From Amoebidium appalachense (lineage: Eukaryota > Protista > Ichthyosporea): a DNA stretch of 64,000 nucleotides. The position numbers were made by a program, and so were the translations under genes. The first letter of the stretch is position 1, and the number at the start of each line of letters is the position of its first letter. The DNA lies in NCBI GenBank assembly GCA_963693365.1, contig CAVNZM010000011.1:3886335-3950334 (forward strand), read 5' to 3'. The notes under the pieces were generated by a model. That model was not told the DNA's origin. It saw only the letters and a program-made list of their open reading frames with translations, and searched no databases. Shown one piece after another: positions 20,453-31,414 of the stretch.

Positions 20453-21615
20453 ATGTCGAAGGCGCGCTCCCGTATTCTCGACGACATGGCTTCACACATC
20501 GACTTCTCCGCCGCCATGGCACGACGGGCCTTTCCCCACGGACCCGCACTTCCAACCCCGTCCCGCACATCAGTGGTAGGCGATGCCTCCGCCCGGAGCT
20601 CACCCGCCCCGACCCAAGCGTCCCAGGCTCCCTGGCGATACCACTTTGTCAGCGGCGACACACATGGTGGCCCGCTGAAGATAGAGTTCTCCGCTCCCCG
20701 CTCGGTCCACGGTGTTCGCGTCCAGGGCGCACGGGTGCATTCCGTGTACGACGTGTCAGAGGGCTCCAACAGATTGGTGCTGGGGCTGTCGTTCCTCGAC
20801 TCGCCAGATGGCCGCCACCCGGGCTCGTGGACACGTTCGACTGCAGACATCTACCTGCCGGTCGGGCACTATACAATCGGCGCCCTGTGCGCTGAATTGG
20901 AGGCCCGTCTAGATCAGGCCATCGCCGATTGCTACAAGCCCTCGTATAACATCGATGACATCGCAGACCTCCTCGACGTGTTTCCGGATGCAGTCCCGTA
21001 CTACGCAAAGGTCACACACACGGCCGTCATCAAGGCCGCCGCCGAGCGCAATGGCGAGGCATGGACCCGCCAAGAAGACTTCCTCGCAAAGGACAGGTGG
21101 GCGCCGCGCACTTCGGGCCCCGCCGATCACCTGGCCCACGAGGTGCTGCAGCTGGCGCAGATACACTATCGGGAGAACCCTTGGGCATGGCGAGAGCTGG
21201 CAAACGAGCGCGCGTCCTGGGTTTCGAGGTCGGCGGCCACGTCAGTCACAGCCTCACCAGCGGGTTGCCCCCGCTTGCAAGGTACTTCGACGGCCGCGAC
21301 CACGCCCCCGTGGCCGAAGGCGACCAACAGCTTCCCTGCGCCGCAGACAACATCCAGTGCATCGTCGGGTCCACGCCTCCCCTGGCGCCTCGGGGCGCGC
21401 TGCTGGTCACGGTCATGCATGGCGAGACAAGCCTGCAGGGCCGCATCGTGTCCGCGGGTGTCCACGGCGCCGCCTGCGGCATCAGCGAAGACCTACAGGC
21501 GTCGCCGCAGCTCGCCACGTCGCTCGAGCACGTCGAGGGGCTGCGCGTGGCCGTCGTGGATGAGATGGGGTACAGGGTCGGCGGTCGCTTCACCGTCCTA
21601 GTTGGGATCAAATAG
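20453..21615 (+). pseudogene. Penton/minor-capsid-like protein, frameshifted at about 21100-21215
   Basis: YDVSEGSNRLVL...IYLPVGHYTIGALCAELEARL in frame 1. VLGF and LRVAVVDEMGYRVGGRFTVLVGIK in the overlapping frame. These motifs are typical of Polinton/NCLDV single-jelly-roll pentons. Confidence 0.65.
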
Positions 21616-21661
21616 CCGCTCGCGGTCTTGGGGTTGGACGTAATGCTGGTGTCTCACAGTG

Positions 21662-22069
21662 ATGTATCTGGTACTGGTTGTGTGTGTCCTATGCGCGCTG
21701 ACGTTTGCTGCAATCGCGGCTCGGCACCAGGCGGCGTCGGTGTGGCGGTCGGTGCGTGCGGCCATGGAAGGTCGTCCACTGCCCGACCCTGGACCCTACG
21801 CGGGCTGGGACGCAATCGCGTGCGGACAGGCGCTGTACGACAAGTACCTCGCCGAGGGCTTCGACGCTGACAGCGAGACCGTTCCGGACTGCCGCAGCTG
21901 TCCCCGGGTCCACATATCGAAGAACAACGGGCTCCGCTACTGGGACGTCAACAAGGGCGAGTGGTTCTCACAGACGCTTCCATATCAGGCCTTCGCCGCG
22001 AATTTGCGTGGCAGGTGCGCCTGGACTGCCCGCGTGGCATCCGCGCTGCGCCGCGAGCCGCTCAAATAA
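21662..22069 (+). CDS. Small membrane-anchored hypothetical protein
   Basis: N-terminal hydrophobic helix; TAA stop inside AATAAA. Confidence 0.65.
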   Translation: MYLVLVVCVLCALTFAAIAARHQAASVWRSVRAAMEGRPLPDPGPYAGWDAIACGQALYDKYLAEGFDADSETVPDCRSCPRVHISKNNGLRYWDVNKGEWFSQTLPYQAFAANLRGRCAWTARVASALRREPLK

Positions 22070-22100
22070 AGCTTGCCAAACAGGACTGTGTGCGATTTTC

Positions 22101-23152
22101 ATGTGGGTCTACCAAATGGACTTGCCCCCGTCACAGGTTTTCCCCCGCCGCCCCAGCGTGTCTACGTGGGTGTGGTGCCTGTGTGCCCTGTTCGTCCTCC
22201 TCGTCGTGTACGACGTCAACCGGCCCCGCTTTTACCGCTACATCACCACCCTCAAGTGCAGGCGCCCCTGCGGCATATGCAACAGCTGTCCGGTCTGCCC
22301 CCCCGAAAAGAAGTGCCCGGATTGCCCCACCTGTCCGACGTGCCCCACCCTGGCCCCCACAAAGTGCCCCACGTGCCCAACCTGCCCGACCTGCCCCCCC
22401 AAGGAGAAGTGCCCCGACTGTCCCTCCTGTCCCAACGCCCCCACCGCTGTCGTGAAGAAGGAGGAGCCACCAGCCAGTAGCATGGTGGGAAGCGGCAAAA
22501 AGATCGTGGGGTCCAGCACATCCTATGAGGCGATCGTGTCGCCCGACGGTCGGTACAAACTGGTGCAGGAGAGAGATGGGAACACCATAGTCGCCGAACG
22601 CGGCAGCAACAAGGTCCTCTGGGCACACAACAAGACCAACAACGGTACCGCGCCCTACTCTCTCGTCATGCAGGAGGACAACAATCTGGTGGTGTACGAC
22701 GCAAAGGGTGCGGTCATATGGGCGTCGAACACCTACCGCAAGGGGAAGCTGGGCACGGCGATCCTGACAATCGAGAACGACGGTGTCGCCTACGTGCGCG
22801 ACGCCTACGGAACTGTGCTCTGGCAGTCGGGCCGGCCGGTGTCCGGACCCAATTAGGTGCAGCGATTGGATGACGGGCACGCCGGAAGGGATATTCGGTC
22901 GATGAAGGGTCGGTGGACGAAGTGAAGACTGCGTGCGTCGCAGAACCGAAATGCAAGTCTTTCTACTGCTCGACCAAGGATAATGTTGGATGGCTCAAGA
23001 CGGTCGGCGAAGCCGATTCAAAATTAGCTTCGTATCCGGGCAACAGCACATGGTTCCTCACGCGTTGGTTTGGGTTGTATTGGACGCTCTGGAGAACGTA
23101 CGTACGTGCACCGTGCTCTGGAAGTCCGCACGATCTTCGGGCTCGGGTATGA
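22101..23152 (+). pseudogene. TM - CPxC-repeat stalk - bulb-type (B) lectin - PAN/apple-like protein, broken by a TAG and a frameshift
   Basis: QERDGNTIV / MQEDNNLVVY / IENDGVAYV with IWASNT (QxDxNxVxY lectin repeats). After TAG 22854-22856 the frame continues HAGRDI, then shifts into ACVAEPKCKSFYC...GWLK. Confidence 0.75.
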
Positions 23153-23323
23153 TGACGTAACGACACCTCCCGATTGGGTGGGTGCTCGTGGACGTCCTTG
23201 ATTGGATGGGCGCTCTTGGGCGGAAATCGCCATTGGGCGATGACGTCATCGTATCCCAAGCGGCAACGGCCATTAAAATGGCTCCAAGAATCGCACCGGG
23301 CAAACACGGGAACCGACACAAGA

Positions 23324-23772
23324 ATGGCGCTTATCACCGAGGCACCGTACTTTCTGCTCAAGGAGGAGGTCGACAACCCAGACCTCGAAGCCAACATCAG
23401 GGCGCACCTGTTCCACCCCACCGTCATGATCGACTTCTCGACCAGGAGCGCCATGGAGGTGATCACCCTGGACATCGTAGCCCTCTTCTCACGCGATCTG
23501 AACCAGTCCATCACCGTCAAGCTGCCCCCCGGCCTCCGCCACCTGTGCATAACGAGCGCATGGGACGACCAGTCGGAGAAGGGCGACCGTCTGATCCAAC
23601 TCAACAGGTGAGAGCTCTTCGAGGCCGACGCCGCACTGCACCTCGTGGGCTTCGACGCCTGCACGGCGCTCGAGACCGTCGATGTCACCTTCTACGGTGA
23701 CCTGTTCATCGAGGGCGTCATCGCGAACGCCTCTGCCGTCCAGTTGTCCGCGTGCTTCGTCCGCGGTCGCAT
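23324..23772 (+). pseudogene. 5' part of a hypothetical gene split by the Gypsy insertion; internal TGA at 23609-23611
   Basis: The frame continues past the TGA (ELFEADAALHLVGF...FVRGRI) and rejoins in frame with SNCKTVRITH at 32030 once the element and one TSD are removed. Confidence 0.8.
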
Positions 23773-24382
23773 TGTAAACAGTTGAACTAGTTGGGATAAG
23801 GCAGAGAACAACTGAATCAGAATAAAGACAGAGAACGGGTAGTAAGGCACACGCGGCCAGGTTACTATTTAATGTGCTCGTTCAGAGTGATCCCCCGTAC
23901 TGGGACGGCTTGTTTATATAGCCCCCAGGTTCCGGATCATCTGGATGGGTGGCATTGATGCCTTCGTGACTTCTGACCAGTCAGAAGAGTGCGGTCGTCT
24001 TTATGTGCACACAGTGCACCATTAACATGAAGCTAACTAAAAGGATAACTTCGTGGCAAATGATTGGTCAATACTTAAGCCCGTTTAGGTTTATGCAACT
24101 GGGTCTGATTTCCTTATTGGTTCCGTTCGTTTAGCTATAGATGTCGCCTCCGTAGTGGATGAGACTTGCATTCCTATCCTAGCGGTTCTCGAATTCTATT
24201 GGTTCATACTGACTGCACGGCCACTGCATATTGCCGGCGCCGCGGCTCAGTCGTGAGCCGCAGCCCGCGGCTGTCGCGTGTGATATTGATCTGATCATAT
24301 GTACACAATATCTACGTGATCACTATGATATGTACAGTATATTCGTAATAGTAAACATGTACGGCGTGTACAGATGTTTACA
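23773..24382 (-). repeat. 3' LTR
   Basis: About 6 mismatches by eye versus 31415-32024; polypurine tract adjacent at 24383-24397. Confidence 0.95.
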
Positions 24383-24448
24383 CTCCCCCCCCTTCTCGGG
24401 AGCCTGGTGGTATGGTCTGGAGACGGTAAACCACCAGGCTGAGGGAAG

Positions 24449-27400
24449 TTAGCGACGTCGGCGCTTCTTTCGTGCGGGCTGGCTGGCAGGGCCGGCCACC
24501 AAAGTACCTAGGTAGTCTGTGAGTGCTCCTGCGGCTGTGTCTTGCAGGCCGGAGTGAGGTTCCCAGGTGTCGTTCTTAGCCGTGTACCCTTTCCAACGAA
24601 CTTTGTAAAGGGCTTGGGCAGTTGCCGAGTCGTACTTGTGGGCAATAATTTTTGCCACTTCGAAGGTGGGGGTGGGTGAATCTTGCGGACCAGAGTCGGC
24701 TGGCGTCATATCAACGTCGTCACGGGGAAAATACGGCTTCAAGTGACGTGCGTGTGCTCGAACGGTGTCCGTTGACCCAACCCGCTGAATTTCGTAAGAC
24801 ATGGGGGCGTCGGTAACGCGCCGCAGGACGCGATACGGACCTTCCCATTTAGGTCTGAGTGCCGTGGGTAGACTGTGGTCGGTGGTGGAGTCTGTGACTG
24901 CTTTCAACACCAGACCCTCGAGTTCTGTGGGTTCACGAGCATTTTTGTTAGCCGTGATTTTACTACGACGGGCAGCTTCAGACATAATTCGTGTGACTGT
25001 TTGCCGGGCATACTGCACTCGTTGCAGTAGTTCTCGACGGTATTCCTCCGTCTCCGAGTCCATCCCACATGAAGCCGCAATTGGGGGGCGGGGGGGCTCG
25101 ACCGGATCTCTGCCATAAAGCATGAAGAATGGCGTGTCCCCCAAGGAAGAGTGGTAGGCGGTGCGGTAGGAAAACAGTACTTGCGGTAAGTAGTCAATCC
25201 ATTCGTGGTGTTTATCCTGCACGAGAGTGGCAAGAATATTCTTAAGTGTGCGATTGAATCGCTCTACGGCACCATTGGTCTGGGGGCTGTAGGGACTTGC
25301 AAAAATTCGTTTTGTAGCCAACACTCGACAGACATCTGTGACCAACATAGCTGCCAAATTCGCGCCGTTGTCTGATACTAAAAATTCCGGACGACCGTGA
25401 CGGCAGTAGATGGAGTCTTCGAATGCCTTTGCCACATCTTCGGCTGTGGGTGTTTTGTGAAATAAAATCACTTCCGGCCAGCGAGTGAAGAGGTCGAGAA
25501 ACACCAACAGGGAAACTCTGAGATCAGATTTCGTAGGCATCTCAGTAATGTCCATAGACACGTATTGAAAGGGATAGGTGGGGATAAAACCATCGTGAAT
25601 TCGTAGTTTCTTTTGCATTCGGGGTGTCTTCCGGTATTGACAGGCTTTGCATGTGGTTACCCACTGCACCGAGTCTTGCCATACACGTGGCCACCATGCT
25701 ATCTGGGTAACACGGTGGAAGGTGCGTGCTGCGTCGAGGTGACCTGCGGTTGGGGCGTCGTGACATGCGGCCAAAACGAGGCGCACAAGCGTAGACGGCA
25801 CCCAAATTCGTGGTTCCTTGCTGGGTTTGCGGGGGCCACGCTGTTCTAGGACCCACACATACACAAGGTCATTGTCTATGGTGCAGCGACTAGCTTCCAT
25901 CGCGATTTCGTTGCCAAATAATTCGTAGCCCGGTGCTTTTTCCAGGTAGGCCCTGACTTTCGCAATGTGTTTATCAGCCTTCTGTGCTGACACATACTGT
26001 TCATAGGTGGGCATTCGTCCATCCGCTTTTGGGGGAATAAATTCTGGCGGCGTGGTATTAGGTTTCGTGGGTTCAGCTGGGGGTGGGTGGGTGGCAGCTT
26101 GTGCCTGCGCTGTCGCTGCGGCGGAGCGTGTTACCGCAAACACCGTGGACGAGCCCGAGACTGTGCCGATCAGTGAGGGGTATGTCAGCTCAGTATCTTC
26201 GGGTCCTGGTTGCGCATTTTCTTTAGATGGCCGAGAGAGTCCATCAGCATTGCTGTGGTGTTTGCCCGCCCTGTGCTGAATTTCGTATGTGTATGCGGAA
26301 AGCGCCATTTGCCAGCCTGCAACAACAGGTTCCGGTGCATCGCCGGTAGACAGAATGCGCGTCAAGCTGGAGTGGTCGGTTCGTAACAAGAAAGGAGCCC
26401 CATAGGTGTAAGCGCGAAATGCTTTGCACACAGCCCAATACACACCTAAGGCTTCCCTTTTATTCGCCGCATAATTTCGTTCACTCTTAGAGAGTGTTCT
26501 GCTAGCATAAGCTATGGGTCGTTCTTTGCCGTCATCACCTACCTGCGAAATCACTGCGCCCAGAGCATACTGAGTGTGAAGCATCTGAGTCAACAATAAA
26601 AGGTTTGGTGAAATCGGGGTGAGCAAGCACAGGTGCATTAATTAACGCATTCTTAAGGGTATCGTATGCTTTCTCCTGTTCCGTACCCCACACCCATGCA
26701 GCATTTTTCTGTGCTTTCTTTTTCGTGGCCAAAATAGCTGCAGAATCGGCGTGCAAATTTTTTGCTTCGTCTTTTCGTTGTTTTGCGCTGCCGTTGCGTT
26801 TGGCGGGTTTCGTAGAGGGGGGCATTTTTGCGTGAATTCGTTTTAGTAATTCTGAATCCTCCTTCGAGGTGCCCAGCATTCGCGTGAGTGGTTCAGCCGT
26901 ATGGCTGAAATCGTCCACAAATATTCGATAATATGAAAATAACCCGAGGTCACTTCGTAGCTCAGATAAATTTTGTGGGTAGCTTTTATTCTTTATTGCT
27001 GCCACTTTTTCTGGGTCTACCTTAATACCATCCGGGCATACGCGATGGCCTAAATAGCCAACTTCTTCCATGAACAAAGAGCATTTTCTGCCTTTCAGTT
27101 TTAATCCTGCATCACAGAGCCGGGAAAAACATGAATCTAAATGCCCAAAATGTTCTTCGATAGTGGGTGACATAACTAATATATCATCGAGATATATGAG
27201 TACATGTGTCCACAGCATACCAGCGAATACACGGTTCATCATCCTTGAAAAGACAGCAGGCATGTTACTTACTCCAAAAGGTGCGCGTGCGAATTGATAC
27301 TGCCCCCAGGGGGTGGTAAATGCAAGTTTTTCTTTGTCGTTATCGGCTACTTTGACTTGGTGGTAACCACCGTTTAAATCAAGTGCGGAAAACACGCGGG

Positions 27401-29249
27401 CACCTCTGAGCATACCCAGAGCCATGTCAATTCGTGGTAAAGGGTAACCGTCTTTCTTCGTAATCAAGTTCAGCATTCTAAAATCAATGCAGACTCTTAA
27501 AGACCCGTCCTTTTTCGCCACCAACACCATCGGAGCGGAGTAAGGGCTGGACGCAGGCTCAATCACTCCAAACTCTACCCAATTTTGAATTTGTTTGTGT
27601 AGGCTATCGCGAAGGTGATGTGGGATGTTATAGGGCCTGCGGTACTGTGGTATGGTGGTAGTTACTTCGATCGACAGTTCGTCTAAGGTACTCAAACCAA
27701 AGTCGTTGTCGTGTGCAGAGAACACATGCTTCCATTTCTTAAGCAGTTTTCGTATCCGTTTCGCCAACGGTTTCCGTTGGTCTGGGGGAGTTCCAGGCAT
27801 GTCGTATTCTTCTGGAGGTTTGACCCCAAAAGGCAAGTCGTCGTCTGTGGCGGCTTCCCCGTCGGAGGTACATTCGTGCGTACGCTTTCGTAAATTATTC
27901 GTATCCTCCAGTGCAGTGGTAGATGGTGCCCCATCTGCTGCTTCGATAGTAGGTGGCCCTACCTCTGGTTTTGTTCGTGCTGGATTACCAAAACCATTCA
28001 TTTTCGTGGAACTGCGCTGTGTGGTGTTCTCTTTCGTACTCATATTCATAATTTTACTCCGTTCACACACCTTAATACTACCGTTAATATTAGTAGCCGC
28101 CTGGAAAGTGTGTGGTTCGTGTTCGGTGGGTTCTTCGGTTGATTCCTGCGAAGAAAAGTTCGTTTTAGCAGAGGTACCTAATGGATGGCCAGGGTGTGGG
28201 GTTGTCGCCCTCCTGGTTCCATTACCGGAGTGTGGACGTGCTAAAAGAGTAACAGTGTCATCTGATTGCAAGGGAATAAACATGGCCACCTCCGTACCAG
28301 GGCCTAGGTACACATGATGGTCCGATGTGTTAGTCAACAACACCTTGCATTCGTATTCGTCCTCGATCACACTTTCTTCGCTAGTGGAGAGGGGGGGTTC
28401 GTTATTCGAAATTCGAGCTAAACTGGTGACACTGCATGCTGTTGTGTAAGCCCGTGAATTAAGTGGACCACATGGAACCACTGTGCCCATACAACAGTCT
28501 AAAGTTCGTGGTGGTGGTGCGCCGGCAGCGAGTTTTATTTTACACGTTGCGATATTTGACGCATCTACCGGGAGGTGAATACCTGTGGTGGTAATTAATA
28601 CGCGAGAAACAGCTGTCTCCTCCGCACTCCCACGCAACCACCACACCGGAATACTGCACCTGCGATTTCCCTTAGCATACATGAACGAAAGTTCTGCAGC
28701 ACCGTAATCAATTCGTCCCTGTTGTGGCCCCATGAAATCAACACCTAATAAGGCATCATATGGTAGATTATCAATCACATGCCATCTGTGCACCACTAGA
28801 GCAGATTCGTTGGGAATGGCGAGAGTGAGAGATATACTTCCTTGGCATGTCATTTCGTTACTTTGTGCATCCAGTACACTAAAATTAGGAACATGCTGAA
28901 TTCGTTTTCTTGCCACTACAGGGAGAGATTCGTAAAATGCTGTGCTTATACAGCTATGGCTAGCACCAGAGTCGACAACTACTGTGACTAGCTTCCCATG
29001 CACATACATTCGCGCAAGTGTGGCTGTGCATTTATTTTCGTGGGTTAATGTGCACACAGTGGCATTTTCATGCCGTGGTTCTGCAATGGAGGAGTGCACA
29101 CGGTCAGCAAAATGCACATTTTTTCTTTTTGCGCGGGGGCGGGGTGTGCGTATGCATGGGGGGGTCAGTACACGGGGGTAACTGTTCGTGGGGGGGTGGG
29201 GCACATGCAGATTCGTGGGAGGGCTCCGAGACAACAGAAATTTCCGCAC
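24449..29249 (-). CDS. pol: Gypsy pol (protease, RT, RNase H, integrase, chromodomain), frameshift at about 26575
   Basis: VVDSGA, YPLPRID, YLDD. DSDAS/QYALGAVISQ split across frames by an apparent 4-bp insertion. HHCC and D,D35E integrase (SDNG, NGAVERFN), WEGPY, YKVRWKGY...DTWEP. Confidence 0.93.
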
Positions 29250-29361
29250 CAGTAGATTTATTTTGCAATTTATCTGCCAGAGGGGAACACAGTTCCAGCT
29301 CTGCTATTAAATCAAATACATTATGTTCTACTGGGGAGAGACCAGTCCCTTGCCCGCCTTC

Positions 29362-31362
29362 CTATTCTACACGTGCTCTCTTGAACTTGGCCCGATTAGC
29401 CTCAATCTCTGCCTTGCGGGTTCCCTTCTTAAAGTTGGGGTCGTACTTGGGGCAAATTGGTGACCCCCCAAAGTGCCCCTTCTGCTTGCAGGAGTGGCAT
29501 TCGAATTTGAGGGCCGGGCACGTCTTGCCTTCGGCGTGGCTGCCGTACTTGCACCCACGGTTGCAGGGGGTGGTGCCCATGCGCGAAAAAATAGACGGCT
29601 TCTCGCTGGCACCAGATCCACCACCGGGTTGCTGTTTTGTGGGGGGTTTCTGTGTTAGAATGGTGGATGGGGTTCGTGTGTGCCTGTCTCTTTCTTTTTC
29701 TGCGAGATAGGCAACAACTCCAGACAGGGTCAATTCTTCTTCTTTTCGTGTTTGTCTGAGTTGATATTTGCGAAATTCTTGTTCGTCTTCCCCACCCAAT
29801 CGGTGAGACAAATCCAAAATTTGGTGTGCCTCAGACTTAAGGGGGTACACACGTGCCCACAAACGCGCATGCCTGCTTGCAAATTCGGCCACCTTTTGCT
29901 TGCCTTGTTTGAGTGCATTTAATTCGGCACTGAGTGCCTCTTGCACACGCTGGTCGTGAAATTTCGTAACTAGTGCATGTGCAAATGCATCAAACGTGAG
30001 TTCTCCCTGTGTCCTGGTAAAATTCGTGTACCACACACGGGCGGGGGAAGCAAGAGGAAAGCACTGCACCGCCCAGCGAACAGCAAGTGTGGGGGGGACC
30101 CCTGCAATGCAAAACATCTGCTGGGAAAATTCGTGCAGCCATTCAATCACCGTGCATTTATCCTGCAAGTCACCCTTGTATTCTGGTAGTTTCAATGCAG
30201 CCAAGATGGGGCCGTATTCGGATGCATGCAACTGGCGGAGAGGGTGCAACCACAGTTTTTCGTGCTCTGCAAAGTGCTTGTTCAATATAGACCCAGCCTT
30301 ACCTCCTGAGCCTGTGCTGACATCAGAGCCTCTCGGGCGACTTGGCGTGCCTGCCAGTCCACCTGCAGACGCCAGAGGGGATCCTGCAAGGGGGATTTCG
30401 TTAAATACGGGTGCTTTAGGCTGGTCGAAGTGATCTTCTTCATGCACTTTCGCAGTCATGTGTTCGTTTTCGTTTGTGGGTGTGTCTTCGTAACTTTGTT
30501 CGTGTTTTTCTTCATTTTCAGCATCAGAATCAGTGTAGCTGAGTGTGCGCGCAAGCACATCCTTATATGTAAATTTAGTGGGGGGTGCGGGAGGTGCAAT
30601 TACCTTGGGATCAGTGCACCCAGATGGGACCGGGGACAAAGGCTTCTTGCCTGTGGTGGGTGGGGGAGGACGGGGGGTGGTGGGCACCGTCGTATTTTTC
30701 ACACGTGCCTCAGCCACCAACTGTGCTTCCCGCTCCAACTCAGACCATTTCGCGGACGTGCACAACATTCTAGACAGTGTGGTGTCTTCCATCTGCGAAA
30801 TCTCACTGTAAATCTGCGCGACATCAGCTTCGAGGTCCATCACAGGCCGCCCAGCATCGATTGCAGTTTGAATGGCACGTCTCAGAGTTTCAATACGATA
30901 GAACTTGGAGAGAACACGGCCCCGCACCTCTGCCAGAGCTGTGGCAGTGTCCCGGTCTTGTTTCGTTTTTTCCTTCGTTGCTACTTGAAGTTCGTTCGTG
31001 TGTTTGTTGGTGTTCGTGTGTTCGTTGGTGTTCGTATGTTCGTTGGTTTTCGTGTGTTCGTTGCGCTTCGTTTTGTCTTTGGGTTTCGTGCTTTCGTTGG
31101 GCTTCGTTTGTTCGTTGCCAGTGGGCTTCGTAGTTGCCTTTGTGTTCGTGTGTGTGTTGGGTTTTGTGATCGTGTTCGGTTTCTGGGGAGCACGAGGCTG
31201 TGTAGGGGGAGGGGTGGGGAGTGTTTTCGTGCCCTGCCCCGGAGTCTTGGCTTTCTTCTGCGTTGGGGGCGGCGGTTTGACTGCGGTAGGCTTCTTGGTG
31301 TCACGTGTCAGTTTGCTTTCATTGTCCGAGAGTACAGGGTAGTCGTCAAATTCGCCCGCCAT
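29362..31362 (-). CDS. gag: Gypsy gag
   Basis: LPEYKGD...WLHEF capsid domain, LKQGKQKVAEF major-homology-like region, CHSCKQKGHFGGSPIC knuckle. Confidence 0.9.
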   Translation of the reverse strand: MAGEFDDYPVLSDNESKLTRDTKKPTAVKPPPPTQKKAKTPGQGTKTLPTPPPTQPRAPQKPNTITKPNTHTNTKATTKPTGNEQTKPNESTKPKDKTKRNEHTKTNEHTNTNEHTNTNKHTNELQVATKEKTKQDRDTATALAEVRGRVLSKFYRIETLRRAIQTAIDAGRPVMDLEADVAQIYSEISQMEDTTLSRMLCTSAKWSELEREAQLVAEARVKNTTVPTTPRPPPPTTGKKPLSPVPSGCTDPKVIAPPAPPTKFTYKDVLARTLSYTDSDAENEEKHEQSYEDTPTNENEHMTAKVHEEDHFDQPKAPVFNEIPLAGSPLASAGGLAGTPSRPRGSDVSTGSGGKAGSILNKHFAEHEKLWLHPLRQLHASEYGPILAALKLPEYKGDLQDKCTVIEWLHEFSQQMFCIAGVPPTLAVRWAVQCFPLASPARVWYTNFTRTQGELTFDAFAHALVTKFHDQRVQEALSAELNALKQGKQKVAEFASRHARLWARVYPLKSEAHQILDLSHRLGGEDEQEFRKYQLRQTRKEEELTLSGVVAYLAEKERDRHTRTPSTILTQKPPTKQQPGGGSGASEKPSIFSRMGTTPCNRGCKYGSHAEGKTCPALKFECHSCKQKGHFGGSPICPKYDPNFKKGTRKAEIEANRAKFKRARVE

Positions 31363-31414
31363 GGTTGAAGAGATTCTTGAAAGATGTGAGATTCTGGAAC
31401 TGCGCGGTCGCCAA

